The notes: a model not told the origin generated them from the sequence alone. 64,000 nt of DNA from an uncultured Gammaproteobacteria bacterium (GCA_964459725.1 CAYWNT010000003.1:47592-111591), one strand, 5' to 3'; shown: positions 38,888 to 49,461, numbered from the stretch's first letter. Program-made: numbers and translations.

Positions 38888-39650
38888 ATTTTTTAGACAA
38901 GAAAAATTTCCTATTTTCCAAAAAGAACAAAATTACTTGCCCTAAAATTAAAAATATAAAAATCCTCAAGCTCCAGTCCTTAGCCAAATGCCACAAAGGT
39001 GATCCCTTTTTCAGAATCTCTATATCATCCACAAAAAATACTTCACAAGCTCCACCACTTCTTGAGGTTTGATTTGTATCATCGCGACTCATACTGGTCC
39101 TTCGACTCCAGCCCACGCCCTCCTCCTGATAGTCTACTAGTGCTCCTCTTGCATAGATCTGATCACCGATATTTACTTGCCTAATTATATCTCTCACCTT
39201 TTTACTGTCAGAGAGTAAATGATTGTTTGATAGCTTGTTTCCATAAAACTCTCCGTGAATTGGCCCAAACCAACTATAGTAGCATGTCCACTCCCCGCTC
39301 TTGTAATCCACATCCAGATAAGCATCAGACCTTAAATTGTCTCCCCAGATAACACAGACATCTTTCAGGTTTACTGAATTTTCATCATGATAAAAATTAT
39401 ACCAGGCATTAATATTATTCACACTGACCACCAGCCCCCAGAGCTCATACTCGGCTTGTGGGTAGACATGGTATGTTTTTTCTCGATAATCAAAGCTAAA
39501 ATCATCTCGCTCACTCAGTGTTTGCCTAGGTTCAATAAATAAATCATTTTCGATTTTTTGACGCTCTGGTAAATTCTTAACCCCAAAAACACTCAAAACA
39601 AAAACCACCACTAGAAGAACGAAAATAATTTTTAAGAGTCTTTTTCTCAT
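38877..39650 (-). CDS. hypothetical N-terminally anchored/secreted protein
   Basis: 257 aa; N-terminal hydrophobic segment; no motif recognised. Confidence 0.5.
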   Translation of the reverse strand: MRKRLLKIIFVLLVVVFVLSVFGVKNLPERQKIENDLFIEPRQTLSERDDFSFDYREKTYHVYPQAEYELWGLVVSVNNINAWYNFYHDENSVNLKDVCVIWGDNLRSDAYLDVDYKSGEWTCYYSWFGPIHGEFYGNKLSNNHLLSDSKKVRDIIRQVNIGDQIYARGALVDYQEEGVGWSRRTSMSRDDTNQTSRSGGACEVFFVDDIEILKKGSPLWHLAKDWSLRIFIFLILGQVILFFLENRKFFLSKKSTF

Positions 39651-39667
39651 AAGTTAAATAATGTTTT

Positions 39668-40900
39668 TCACACAACTCCTTCCCCTGCTGCAAAACCTGT
39701 GCTCCAGCATACTTGCAGGTTATACCCGCCAGTTGGGCCATCAATGTCTAGTATCTCTCCGGCAAAATATAAATTATCAATAAGTTTTGACTTCATTGTC
39801 CTGGGATCAACCTCGCTGAGATCAACTCCTCCGGCTGTAACAACTGCCTTACTGTACCCTGTTAGCCCCTTTACGTTCAGAGTGAACTCTTTCAAAAGGT
39901 GCAGCAACCTCTTTCTTTCTTCACGGGTGATAAGATTGACCTTTTTGTCAGAATCAATTTTAGAAAGCTCTATAATAACACCAATAAGTTTTTGTGGAAG
40001 CAGCTTATCCAGAATATTTTTAAACATCTTATTATTTCCCTCTTGAAAATCCTTTTGAATTCTCTTATCTAGAGACACAAAGTCTAGAGCAGGCTTAAAA
40101 TCAATTTTAAGCTGGACATTCCCAGGGAGCTCCCGATTTATTTTCTTACTCATATCCAAAATAATCGGCCCACTCATACCATCCTCAGTAAAAAGCGCCT
40201 CTCCAAATCGAGAGTCTTGTTTCTTGCCATCTTTGAAAACACTAATTTCTACATTTTTCAAACTAAGACCTTCTATTCTCTCTGTAATTTTTTCTTTTAC
40301 CATGATAGGACTAAGAGCTGGAGACGGATTTATAACATTATGACCCAGTTTTTTCAGCCATTCATAGCCGTCACCGGTAGAACCTGTCCCCGGATATGAC
40401 TTACCACCTGTGCAAACTACATATTTACGAGCTTTCACTTCTCTGCCGCCAATTAAAACTATTTTCTCAATTGAGTCACCAACCTTCACTATCTCTTTTA
40501 CAGCAGAGCCTGTCTTTATCTCTACCCCCGATTCCTTCATGTATCCAATCAGCGCGTCAAGAACGTCCTGGGATTTATCACTAACTGGAAATATTCTATT
40601 TCCTCTCTCAACTTTTGTCTCCACTCCTCTGCTCTCAAAAAAATCAACAATAGCTCCAACACCGAATCCATGAAAAGACGAAAAAAGAAACTTTCCGTTC
40701 TCTCCATATCTATTTATCATGTCTTTCAATTCGTCAGTGTTGTTGGTAATATTACATCTCCCCTTCCCGGTTATCAGAAGCTTCACGCCGAGATTGGGAT
40801 TCTTCTCAACCAAAAGAACACGAGCCCCAAGCTCGCCTGCTCTGCCGGCTGCCATTATACCAGCCGGACCTCCTCCAATTACAGCGACATCATATTTCAT
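39668..40900 (-). CDS. NAD(P)/FAD-dependent oxidoreductase, HI0933/BaiN-like flavoprotein family (start moved to MKYDVAVIGGG)
   Basis: Dinucleotide-binding DVAVIGGGPAG; length and C-terminal GG motif typical of the HI0933 family. The longer annotated start would overlap the AbrB-like gene by 19 nt. Confidence 0.8.
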   Translation of the reverse strand: MKYDVAVIGGGPAGIMAAGRAGELGARVLLVEKNPNLGVKLLITGKGRCNITNNTDELKDMINRYGENGKFLFSSFHGFGVGAIVDFFESRGVETKVERGNRIFPVSDKSQDVLDALIGYMKESGVEIKTGSAVKEIVKVGDSIEKIVLIGGREVKARKYVVCTGGKSYPGTGSTGDGYEWLKKLGHNVINPSPALSPIMVKEKITERIEGLSLKNVEISVFKDGKKQDSRFGEALFTEDGMSGPIILDMSKKINRELPGNVQLKIDFKPALDFVSLDKRIQKDFQEGNNKMFKNILDKLLPQKLIGVIIELSKIDSDKKVNLITREERKRLLHLLKEFTLNVKGLTGYSKAVVTAGGVDLSEVDPRTMKSKLIDNLYFAGEILDIDGPTGGYNLQVCWSTGFAAGEGVV

Positions 40901-40902
40901 AA

Positions 40903-41097
40903 TTACTTCTTCTTTTTCCAATCCTTTATCTTGATAGTTTTGTTCTTTTCATCAATTTCCAGCTCAACTTTTTGCTTTTCTTTCCACCTCCACCTTCTCA
41001 CAACATCAATAGGCAGGGTGATTGCATAACTTGAGCCCCCTGCAATCTTGGTTATCTTCCTGATATTGACCTCACTAAATTTTTTACTTGTTTTCAT
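40903..41097 (-). CDS. AbrB/MazE/SpoVT-family DNA-binding protein (solitary antitoxin-like regulator)
   Basis: 64 aa; swapped-hairpin signature IAGGSSYAITLPIDVVRRW; perfect 12-bp palindrome GTCTACGTAGAC at 41113-41124 just upstream of its start. Confidence 0.6.
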   Translation of the reverse strand: MKTSKKFSEVNIRKITKIAGGSSYAITLPIDVVRRWRWKEKQKVELEIDEKNKTIKIKDWKKKK

Positions 41098-41151
41098 AAT
41101 TTTTAAATTTCTATGTCTACGTAGACGTCTCGCCTACTAAAATTAAAATTA

Positions 41152-42447
41152 TTACCCTTGTAATAATTTCTTGAATTTTTCCAACTCCTTATTAAATCTC
41201 TCTCTATTCTCCTCCTTAATAGGCTTGCCTGGAGGCAAGATCTCGTTATATGGATTTATTTTTGCCCCATTCTTGACCATCTCATAGTGAAGATGCGGGC
41301 CGGTTGAAAATCCGGTGGAACCAACATAACCGATTACTTCTCCTTGTTTTACACGCTCACCCCTTCTCACTGCAAATCTTGACTGATGAGCATAGTTGGT
41401 TGAGTATGTTCCATTATGCCTGATTGAAATCATGTTACCATATCCCCCACTCCAACCAGCAAAAGTAACTGTGCCATCGCCAACCGATCTTATCGGAGTT
41501 CCGTAAGCGGCAGCATAGTCAATAGCCTTATGCCCTGTAGAAACATTAAAAGCCTCTATATATCTTCTTCCAGTGGTAAAACCAGATGAAATATACTTAA
41601 ATGAAACCGGAGCTCTAAGAAACATCTTCTGAACAGAATTTCCATCCTCGTCAAAATATCCAATATTTTCTTCGCTCTCCTCAAAGTAATACACATAGTG
41701 TTCCTTACCGGCATTTACATACTTACCAGCGAGAATCCTTCCTGGCATCTTGTATTCCCCTTCCAGATATCTCTCTTCCCAAACAAAAGAAAAAGTATCC
41801 CCTACACGAGGATCCATGGCAAAATCAAGAGTCCACTGGAAGGCATTAGCAAGCTCAATTATCGCCCTCTCGTCTATGTCATTATCAAGCGCTGCCTGAT
41901 ACATGGATGACTCCACCACCCCTTCTGATACAACTGTTTTAACCTCATAAGCAATGTCTTCCCTTTCAGCAATCCAGACTACATCCCCTGTTCCCGTTGC
42001 CGTGTCAGCTGATCTAACACTCCTGGAGACATGGAGCTGCTCTTCACTGTCTATTTTGTAATACAAATCCTTGAGCTCGTCAGTGTCCCCATTATAAACC
42101 AACTCCAGAAACCTGCCCAATCTGATTTTCACTAAATCGTAAACATCTTTTGAAGCATTGTATATCTCCATGGATATTGCCGGAGTTACGCTGGCAGTCT
42201 CCATAAGTCCACCATAAGTAGAATCTTCCACTATCTCAACTCTTTCAATTCGATCATTTTTTATCTCTTCTCCTGTCTGGAAGTTTCCCAAAACATGCTT
42301 AGAGGCATCAACCTCACGAGCATTATCCTTTTTTCTTTCAAAATAAAAACTGATACCAATAATAGGTAACAAAAGAATAATTATTGCAGATTTTAAGCTC
42401 TTTTTAAACATGCAGACATTATAACACAAAAGGACCAACCAAGACAA
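41152..42447 (-). CDS. M23-family metallopeptidase (LytM-like), secreted
   Basis: 431 aa; N-terminal TM; C-terminal GTPIRSVGDGTV...GNMISIRHNG...YAHQS...GSTGFSTGPHLHYEM. Confidence 0.85.
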   Translation of the reverse strand: MSWLVLLCYNVCMFKKSLKSAIIILLLPIIGISFYFERKKDNAREVDASKHVLGNFQTGEEIKNDRIERVEIVEDSTYGGLMETASVTPAISMEIYNASKDVYDLVKIRLGRFLELVYNGDTDELKDLYYKIDSEEQLHVSRSVRSADTATGTGDVVWIAEREDIAYEVKTVVSEGVVESSMYQAALDNDIDERAIIELANAFQWTLDFAMDPRVGDTFSFVWEERYLEGEYKMPGRILAGKYVNAGKEHYVYYFEESEENIGYFDEDGNSVQKMFLRAPVSFKYISSGFTTGRRYIEAFNVSTGHKAIDYAAAYGTPIRSVGDGTVTFAGWSGGYGNMISIRHNGTYSTNYAHQSRFAVRRGERVKQGEVIGYVGSTGFSTGPHLHYEMVKNGAKINPYNEILPPGKPIKEENRERFNKELEKFKKLLQG

Positions 42448-42566
42448 TTACCTATCCCAACTCCCCTAATATACGCAAAATACCAAAAAACAGCCCTTAT
42501 TATCATAAGCGGCTGCAATATAAATATTTTCTAGTCCTTCTCTCGTTTGTTTTAATTTACTTAGTA

Positions 42567-43034
42567 TTAAAAATAAAATACTAAATAAAGAAAAGTCAGA
42601 ACACTGTAATTAAAAAGCATAAACCATTTATTGGCCCAGGCAATCCCGGAAAAATGGAAATGTGAAAAAGGCCAAAGGATTGGAGTTGGAAAAAAATGCC
42701 TACTATGAGTAAAGATATCAAGCATGATGTGAAATCCCCATCCCAAAAACACAAAGGCAGCCCAATCTAAATGAAAAATTTTAAGAAATAAATAAATGCC
42801 AAGCCAAACTACCAAACTATGAGTGAAGTCATAAAGCTTGAAAACGAACTTTGGAAAAGTAGACAACGGCTTGTCTGTATAGTGCAATATTTTTTGCAAA
42901 AAGCCTTTTCCAATAATTCTGGCAAAGCTGATAAAATCCGGAAGGACTCCAAAAAAAACTACAAAACTTCTCTGCTCTGGCGGCAATTCCTTAAAAACCA
43001 AGTTCGTCCATAATGCATGAGATAAAACATCCAT
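42567..43034 (-). CDS. membrane-bound metal-dependent hydrolase YdjM/DUF457-like
   Basis: 155 aa, ~4 TM; N-terminal MDVLSHALW and conserved His residues typical of DUF457. Confidence 0.5.
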   Translation of the reverse strand: MDVLSHALWTNLVFKELPPEQRSFVVFFGVLPDFISFARIIGKGFLQKILHYTDKPLSTFPKFVFKLYDFTHSLVVWLGIYLFLKIFHLDWAAFVFLGWGFHIMLDIFTHSRHFFPTPILWPFSHFHFSGIAWANKWFMLFNYSVLTFLYLVFYF

Positions 43035-43139
43035 ATAATTTAATATGATTATTTAAATATCACATTGTAATTATAGCAATTATTACATATTTTTCCAATG
43101 AAAAAGTCACATGGGCGAAACATGTGACTTTTTTCTGAG

Positions 43140-43296
43140 GCTAATTCGTAAGACTGTTTAACTCTCTGGACAGAGAGTCAAACTCTGCTTCTCTTTCCGC
43201 CCTGGTTAAATCTCTATCGATTTCACCAAAAATGGCCGAACACCCAGTTGTTAATATTGTTATTATTGCCAACAAAACAAGAGTCCTTTTTTTCAT
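43140..43296 (-). CDS. unannotated small lipoprotein (52 aa), below the ORF-track size cutoff
   Basis: Own translation: MKKRTLVLLAIITILTTGCSAIFGEIDRDLTRAEREAEFDSLSRELNSLTN. Lipobox LTTGC; AAGGAGGGG RBS 5 nt upstream; downstream 13-bp hairpin terminator (43096-43130) with a U-tract on the minus strand. Confidence 0.5.
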
Positions 43297-43647
43297 CAGA
43301 TCCCCTCCTTATTTTTGTTGAAAATATTGAAATATTAGATAATGAACATATTTATATATTAATTATATCACAAATGAAAATTAAATGATAATTTCATAAA
43401 TTTTTTTTAAATAAAAAGCACTAAGAAGGTAATTTTATTATATAGCAATGGTTACGCGTTTAAATACATACACTGGATGGAAGCAGGCAGTTTATGGATT
43501 AAATGTAAAAATATCATTTATTCTTTTATCAAACTTTAATTTATAATTAACAATAAATTTATATAATAATCATATAAAATCCTACTTATTAAAATTATTG
43601 GATTTTGAAAATAAACACCTCAAAACCAATAATAACCAAATAATCAT

Positions 43648-45444
43648 ATGAAAAAGAATCTTATTTTCATTTTATCCCTCATGATCATTTGGACTCTCTC
43701 TTTTGGCACGGCCATAGAGTCAAGTGCAAAAACTAATAACACCCAGGGCAAGGTGATAAAAGGAAAAAACATTTCAACGCTTTACTATGTAGGCGACAAT
43801 GGGAAAAGATACGTTTTCCCGAACGCCAAAATTTACTTCAGCTGGTTTGGAAATTTCAATGAGGTGGTTGAGGTTGAACAAGAGGAGCTTTACGACTATC
43901 CCCTCGGCGGAAATGTGAGATATAAACCCGGGGTGGTTTTAGTAAAAATTCAGACCAATCCAAAAGTTTATGCAGTTGGCAACAACGGAAAACTACGTTG
44001 GGTAAAAACTGAAAAATTGGCCAAACATTTATACGGATCAAACTGGAATCTTCTAATTGATGATGTTCCAGATTCATTTTTTACAAATTATGAAATAGAT
44101 GATCCTATTGATGAGGAAAGTGATTTTGATCCCGAAGAGGAAGAAGAGGAAAACCCAACAATAAATCACAATCTGGGCTTCAAACATAGATTAATATTTA
44201 AAATTCAAGAATCCATTCAGGAAAAGCGATGTCAAAGACTAGGGAAATATATAAAGCGAGTTCAGAAAAGATTGGCTCGATTTGGGATCGAGGCAGATGA
44301 TCTAGGTGGAGATTATTTGGAGGAATGCTTTGATGAAGATAGGTTTGAGAACAAATACAAAAAGAAAAAAAGATGGAAATGGTACAAAAACAATAAGATA
44401 AATATTTGCCATATTCCACCCGGGGATCCAGAAAATTCCCACACCATTTCAGTCAGCCTGAGAGCTACAAGAGCTCATTTAGCGCATGGAGATTATCTTG
44501 GAAAATGTGAAACTGGTCAAGATGATGACGACCAGGATGAAGTAGATACAACTCCTCCGATAATTTCAGAAATAAATTCCAACCCTTCGGCTAGCACAAA
44601 TGTTATTAGCTGGATTACAGATGAAAAAGCTAATAGTGTAGTAGAGTATGCAAGCGAACCCCTGGATCAGGCAACCATAACTACAATTATTAATAAAAGT
44701 GATTATGACACTACTCACGAATTAACTCTAGAAAATCTAACATCTTCTACCACCTACTATTTTATAATCAAATCAACTGACGAAGAAGGCAACACGGCCA
44801 CTACCACAGAGCACCAGTTCGCGACTGAAAAAGAGAATGAAGAGGCAGACACTACCCCGCCGATCATATCAGAAGTGTCAGCAGAAGAGATGGCAACCAG
44901 CACTATTATCACCTGGGAAACTGATGAGGGGGCTGACAGCGTAGTAGAATATGCAAATGAACCCTTGGATCAAGCAGCAACTACAACAATTACGAGTGAG
45001 AGTGATTATGTCACAGCACATGAGCTAACACTGGAAAATCTAACATCCTCTACTACCTATTACTACATTGTTAGATCAACTGACGAGGAGGGCAACACAG
45101 CCAGTACTACAGAACACTCATTCACAACCGAAAAAATAAGTGAGGAACCAGACACCACTGCTCCGATCATATCAGAAGTATCAGTGGAAGAGATGGCGAC
45201 CAGCACTACTATAGCCTGGGAAACTGATGAGAATGCTGACAGTGTGGTTATCTATGCAGACGAATCACTAGACACAGCTTCAACAACGATAAGCAAGTCT
45301 GATGACAATTTAACATTGAGTCATTCGATCACACTGAATGATCTGGCAACATCCACAGAATACTTTTTCAGAGTTGAATCAAGTGACGCTGAGGGCAATA
45401 TAGCCTCAACTTCTGAAGAATCTTTCACAACTCTATCTGAGTAA
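43648..45444 (+). CDS. secreted protein with N-terminal domain and three tandem fibronectin-type-III-like repeats
   Basis: 598 aa; signal peptide; three ~95-aa repeats each starting DTTPPIISE and containing W(I/E)TDE.ADSVVEYA..PLD and TTYY. The repeats are diverged at nucleotide level by eye. Confidence 0.8.
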   Translation: MKKNLIFILSLMIIWTLSFGTAIESSAKTNNTQGKVIKGKNISTLYYVGDNGKRYVFPNAKIYFSWFGNFNEVVEVEQEELYDYPLGGNVRYKPGVVLVKIQTNPKVYAVGNNGKLRWVKTEKLAKHLYGSNWNLLIDDVPDSFFTNYEIDDPIDEESDFDPEEEEEENPTINHNLGFKHRLIFKIQESIQEKRCQRLGKYIKRVQKRLARFGIEADDLGGDYLEECFDEDRFENKYKKKKRWKWYKNNKINICHIPPGDPENSHTISVSLRATRAHLAHGDYLGKCETGQDDDDQDEVDTTPPIISEINSNPSASTNVISWITDEKANSVVEYASEPLDQATITTIINKSDYDTTHELTLENLTSSTTYYFIIKSTDEEGNTATTTEHQFATEKENEEADTTPPIISEVSAEEMATSTIITWETDEGADSVVEYANEPLDQAATTTITSESDYVTAHELTLENLTSSTTYYYIVRSTDEEGNTASTTEHSFTTEKISEEPDTTAPIISEVSVEEMATSTTIAWETDENADSVVIYADESLDTASTTISKSDDNLTLSHSITLNDLATSTEYFFRVESSDAEGNIASTSEESFTTLSE

Positions 45445-45477
45445 AAACTCTAAAACACATAATTTTCAAAAATAAAA

Positions 45478-45520
45478 AACCACCGCACCAATATTTTTCA
45501 TTGGTGTGGTGGTTTATTGT
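45478..45520 (+). terminator. rho-independent terminator after the FN3 gene
   Basis: 13-bp stem ccaccgcaccaat/attggtgtggtgg (one G-U pair), loop atttttc, flanked by an A-run and tttattg. Confidence 0.6.
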
Positions 45521-45547
45521 ATCGGACGAACTTAATAAATGATTTAC

Positions 45548-45796
45548 TTACTGTGTCGTCTTTACGAGCTTGGCTTGAATTTCCAGTTGGTCTATATTCG
45601 TACCAAGATCATTTTCAAAGATTTCTTGAATTTTTTCATCGGCCATAATGAACTTGGTATTACCAGCCGAAATCACGCCTTTTTTATCTGCTCTTTGTTT
45701 AGCGCGAACAAGGATGCCAGCTCTTACAAAGGAATCCAACTTGTAACCCGCGCCACCCTCAGAAATAAACATCTCCACGTTTTCAAGGCGATACAT
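45548..45796 (-). CDS. small protein, possibly SpoVS-like
   Basis: 82 aa; ISEGGAGYKLDSFVRAGILVRAKQRADKKGVISAGNTKF loosely parallels the SpoVS GAGALNQAVKAIAIARG core. Low-confidence recollection. Confidence 0.35.
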   Translation of the reverse strand: MYRLENVEMFISEGGAGYKLDSFVRAGILVRAKQRADKKGVISAGNTKFIMADEKIQEIFENDLGTNIDQLEIQAKLVKTTQ

Positions 45797-45986
45797 TTTT
45801 CACCTCCTGCATCCTTTTAAATGATAAATCCTTCCGCCCACTTGATCCATCCTTCCGTGTCTTTTAATTTTTATGAAACAATAAAACACTTATAATGTTT
45901 ATCATTATTTATACCATTCAAGAAGGGATTGTCAATACAGAGAATTCGATCGAGCACTAAAAATACTTCCTTTGATAAAAAACAGA

Positions 45987-46712
45987 TTAACAACTTTCAG
46001 CTCCCTGCTTAGCTTCACCTAAGATACTTAGCCATTCATCAATTTGTGTAAGCGCTTCATCCTTGGATAATTGCGCCTTTTTATGTCCTGCAAACACATG
46101 CTGAAAATCTAACGTTTTAATTTCTGACAAGGTTTTTACATAATTCGCCACTGAAGAGTTTGGTAATTGAAAAATAATTTCTCCCTGATATAAAACATCA
46201 GCAGTAAATATTAATCCACTATTACGCTCCAGTAAAACACACGAATCGTCTGAATGTCCTGGCCCAGGCAATATATCAAATGTTAAATCACATACAGATA
46301 TAAAGCTATTTTGAATAACAGATTCTTTTCTTGGGCAGATATTAAATGAGTCGGAAAAATCTCTTATCCGATCTGCTTCTTTTATCAAAAAATCCGTTTC
46401 TGCTAAATACTCATTAGCCCATAATCCCCTATCAAGATTTTGAAAAACCTTCGGGGTCAACAGTATTTCTTCCGGCAAAAAATCACCCATTCCACCTGCA
46501 TGATCAAAGTGGGAATGGGTGATGAATACTTTTATCTTTCTAAATCCCTGTTCAAACAAAAACGCTTTTAAATCTGCGTACCCCAACCCCGAATCAATAA
46601 CCAAACACTCATCTTTGTTGCCTACTACAAAAATATTCGCCCTTTCATCCTTGCTATAAAAAGATTCGGTTACCAGCCACACATTCTCAAGAAGCTTTTT
46701 TATCTCAAACAT
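45987..46712 (-). CDS. MBL-fold metallo-hydrolase
   Basis: 241 aa; HxHxDH motif (ITHSHFDHAGG) plus downstream His/Asp ligands. Confidence 0.8.
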   Translation of the reverse strand: MFEIKKLLENVWLVTESFYSKDERANIFVVGNKDECLVIDSGLGYADLKAFLFEQGFRKIKVFITHSHFDHAGGMGDFLPEEILLTPKVFQNLDRGLWANEYLAETDFLIKEADRIRDFSDSFNICPRKESVIQNSFISVCDLTFDILPGPGHSDDSCVLLERNSGLIFTADVLYQGEIIFQLPNSSVANYVKTLSEIKTLDFQHVFAGHKKAQLSKDEALTQIDEWLSILGEAKQGAESC

Positions 46713-46927
46713 CTTTTACGCCTCCTTTTATTTAAAATTAGCCTGTAACTAAAAAGAACAGAATCATAACAATTTGCCACAAAAAAATTATTTTGTCAAG
46801 CTCACCACAAATCTTTCTATTAATTTATTAAAAATGATAAATAAAAAATCACCAAAAATATTTCAGTGATTTTCCTTATTTTATTGCTTTTATTCGTCTA
46901 ACCTCACTATCGACAAGGCGGCAAAAT

Positions 46928-47095
46928 TTAATCAGAATTTTTCTTTTTAATTCTTATTAAACCAACAACACCAACAATAACCGTTATCAATCCCAATAAC
47001 TGTCCCCCAGGACTATCATCATGCCCAGCGTATACAAACATAAGCACACCAATAGATATTGTTAAAATATAAAATATTATTTTTCCAATCTTCAT
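46928..47095 (-). CDS. possible unannotated small two-TM membrane protein (55 aa)
   Basis: Own translation: MKIGKIIFYILTISIGVLMFVYAGHDDSPGGQLLGLITVIVGVVGLIRIKKKNSD. Weak RBS. Confidence 0.3.
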   Translation of the reverse strand: MKIGKIIFYILTISIGVLMFVYAGHDDSPGGQLLGLITVIVGVVGLIRIKKKNSD

Positions 47096-47204
47096 ACCAA
47101 AATCCTAATACAAGTAAAGACTATTAAATAAAAACTAGATAAATAAAAAATACCTTTTCCTGGTTCATTGTCGCGCTTTCCCCATTTAACTGAATTTATA
47201 GTCA

Positions 47205-47648
47205 TCACTCAGAATTAAGCTTAGCGCTAATCCATGATGCCTTCTTATTTTCATTAAGAAAAAACAACTCCTTATCACTCAGAGATTTCATGGTTATAGT
47301 GCCTCCGACCTTCCGGCCAGAAAGATATTTCTTGGGAAGTGTCTGATTTATGTACTCCTTCCCTCCTGCTAGTAATGTAATATTGTAAAAAATATTGCCA
47401 TCTTGATACTTACCTAAACGACTGGCTGGATCAATATTTCTTAGTTGCTCTAGCCTAACAATCTTTGCTTTTACATATTTCCCATCCTCCCGCACCTTAT
47501 TTACCTTGCTGCGAATTCTTAAATAGAATAAGAACATTACGGTACCGATAAGGAACATAAAAAAAGGATCAAAAAAACCAACAATCCCAATAACACCAAT
47601 CATTAAGAGAATTAAGAAAAATTTTTTAATAAAATTATTAGAGTTCAT
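47205..47648 (-). CDS. hypothetical membrane protein
   Basis: 147 aa, two N-terminal TM helices. Confidence 0.5.
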   Translation of the reverse strand: MNSNNFIKKFFLILLMIGVIGIVGFFDPFFMFLIGTVMFLFYLRIRSKVNKVREDGKYVKAKIVRLEQLRNIDPASRLGKYQDGNIFYNITLLAGGKEYINQTLPKKYLSGRKVGGTITMKSLSDKELFFLNENKKASWISAKLNSE

Positions 47649-47869
47649 AGTTTTATTTTTAAATTAATTATATTATATCACATAAAGCAAAAAGGTTGAA
47701 AAAGCAATATAAACGTAACCTTATCAATGGAAAATTACAAAGCAACTTGGTTTTATCAAAATTATAAAGCAAAAATTAAAAAATGCCGCATAGATAATCT
47801 ATGCGGCATAAATTTTGGCTTAATTAATCAAGTCAAAATCGCTACGCTTCACTTATGTTCTTCTGAGAA

Positions 47870-48325
47870 TCACCAATCATTGTCATCTATTAATAGTTTT
47901 TTGGCCAGAATTTCTATTATCTCTTTTGGTAGAGATTCTGCATAGTCAATACAACCATCCTTCTCCCTGAGACATCGAACACTGGTATCATTCTCAGACA
48001 CCAAATAGTAGACACCATCGAGCATTTCTTGCTTGATCCAATCTGAAAAACAAGAACAGCACTCTGCGTCAACCAACTTGGTAAGCCTAACCTCAGATGG
48101 AAAAACTAAAAAATAACTATCACCCATTAATTCAAGCTTGCATCCCTCATCTAGCAAAGCCTTACTAAGCTCAACCTCTTCCCCCTTCTCCCACTGGAGC
48201 TCCCAACAAATCTCATCAGGGATAATTTCATCTACTCCCTCACTTAAGTAGCTAAAAAATCTACTACTAACCCTTTCCCACGACACCCTATGCACCTCAT
48301 TTCTCAAATCATCTACGATACCCAT
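47870..48325 (-). CDS. hypothetical acidic protein
   Basis: 151 aa, no motif recognised. Confidence 0.45.
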   Translation of the reverse strand: MGIVDDLRNEVHRVSWERVSSRFFSYLSEGVDEIIPDEICWELQWEKGEEVELSKALLDEGCKLELMGDSYFLVFPSEVRLTKLVDAECCSCFSDWIKQEMLDGVYYLVSENDTSVRCLREKDGCIDYAESLPKEIIEILAKKLLIDDNDW

Positions 48326-48532
48326 ATCCCCTTCTCCTGTTTATAAATGATTAATTGTCACATGACTTAATATTACTCGTGACTTTTTAATGCCTCCTGG
48401 ATCATTATTAATTATAGAAAATTATATTATGAACAATTAAAAAGCATAGCTCAAAGACATACTTTTGTCAATTAAAATTCGAACGTCCGATTCGGGTATA
48501 AAAAAATAAGGCTAGTATTGACCTTATTTTAA

Positions 48533-48548
48533 TTTGCTCCCGGGGTCG
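48533..48548. repeat. outermost partial copy of the tRNA-Asn 3' end (candidate original attL of the older integration)
   Basis: ttgctcccggggtcg matches 62934-62948; sequence diverges after 16 nt. Confidence 0.45.
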
Positions 48549-48787
48549 CCTGCCTGCCGGCAAGGCAGGGATTCCCTCCTATGCTCTTCGAGCTTCGGCG
48601 GGTGAACTTCTCATCACGGCCTACAAAAACAAAATAAAAACACCTCGAATGAGGTGCTTTTATATTTGCTCCCCTTAATGAACAAGTTTAGAACTATTAA
48701 TTGGAATAAAATCAATGAAAAATTAATAAAAATAAAAAGCGGATGTTGACTTTACGTCTCACCGCTTGTTTAATTTTGTTATTCTTT

Positions 48788-49219
48788 TTAATTTTGTTTT
48801 GTTGCCTGATGCCCAATGTAATAAACCCTCTCGCACTTATCACACTTCATCCTGAGAGGCGACTTTATAACATCTGCCCAAACATTAATGTCTTGGCAAA
48901 ATACAAAGCCAGTACTCCTAACTATGCCTCCCCTGCAAAATGAACATTTAAATCCATTGTCCTTAGCTTTGCTTTCTTTTGACCTCCATTTATACAAAGG
49001 GGTGGCGCCTGAATAAACATCATTCTCATTTTCAAAAACATAAAAACAATGAGATTTTGGATGATTTTTTCTAGCAATCGAAAAGGCTCCTCTTGGGCTT
49101 TTGGAATATACTTTTTCTATCACAGGTGCAGGATTTGAATGAAGTACAAAATATACATTTTTTGTTCCCCCATTGGAGAAATTGGATATTCCGCATTGTT
49201 GAAGTAATTGCGGTTTCAT
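48788..49219 (-). CDS. Cys-rich hypothetical protein within the remnant element
   Basis: 143 aa; CxxC pairs (CSFCRGG, CDKCERV). Confidence 0.4.
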   Translation of the reverse strand: MKPQLLQQCGISNFSNGGTKNVYFVLHSNPAPVIEKVYSKSPRGAFSIARKNHPKSHCFYVFENENDVYSGATPLYKWRSKESKAKDNGFKCSFCRGGIVRSTGFVFCQDINVWADVIKSPLRMKCDKCERVYYIGHQATKQN

Positions 49220-49461
49220 TATAAAACCTCCCTATTTCAATTGAAGTTAAATAGATATTATCTAAATCAGTAGAAATACTTACAATTCATTTTAATACCC
49301 TCCAGGATAAAATTTTAAACTTATATTTTTTATTGTAAAGAACAAAAAAAGTATAACATATGTTATACTTTTTGTCAAGCAAGCTCCCGGTACATTCAAC
49401 TCTGAAGTGCAACACCTGTCTTTTCATAGAATACCTCATAAGGTGTATTACTACGGATATG

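Noticed and set aside
44530-45440. FN3 triple repeat as a very recent tandem duplication or hypervariable cassette
   Set aside because: The three repeats are substantially diverged at nucleotide level by eye (many substitutions per 60 nt). No evidence of active repeat turnover.
48533-48625. Possible second tRNA gene at the outermost att copy
   Set aside because: Only the first ~16 nt match the tRNA-Asn 3' end. The remainder (gccttgccggcaggcagg...) lacks a T-loop (GTTCGAATC-like) and a cloverleaf. Treated as an att fragment plus element DNA.
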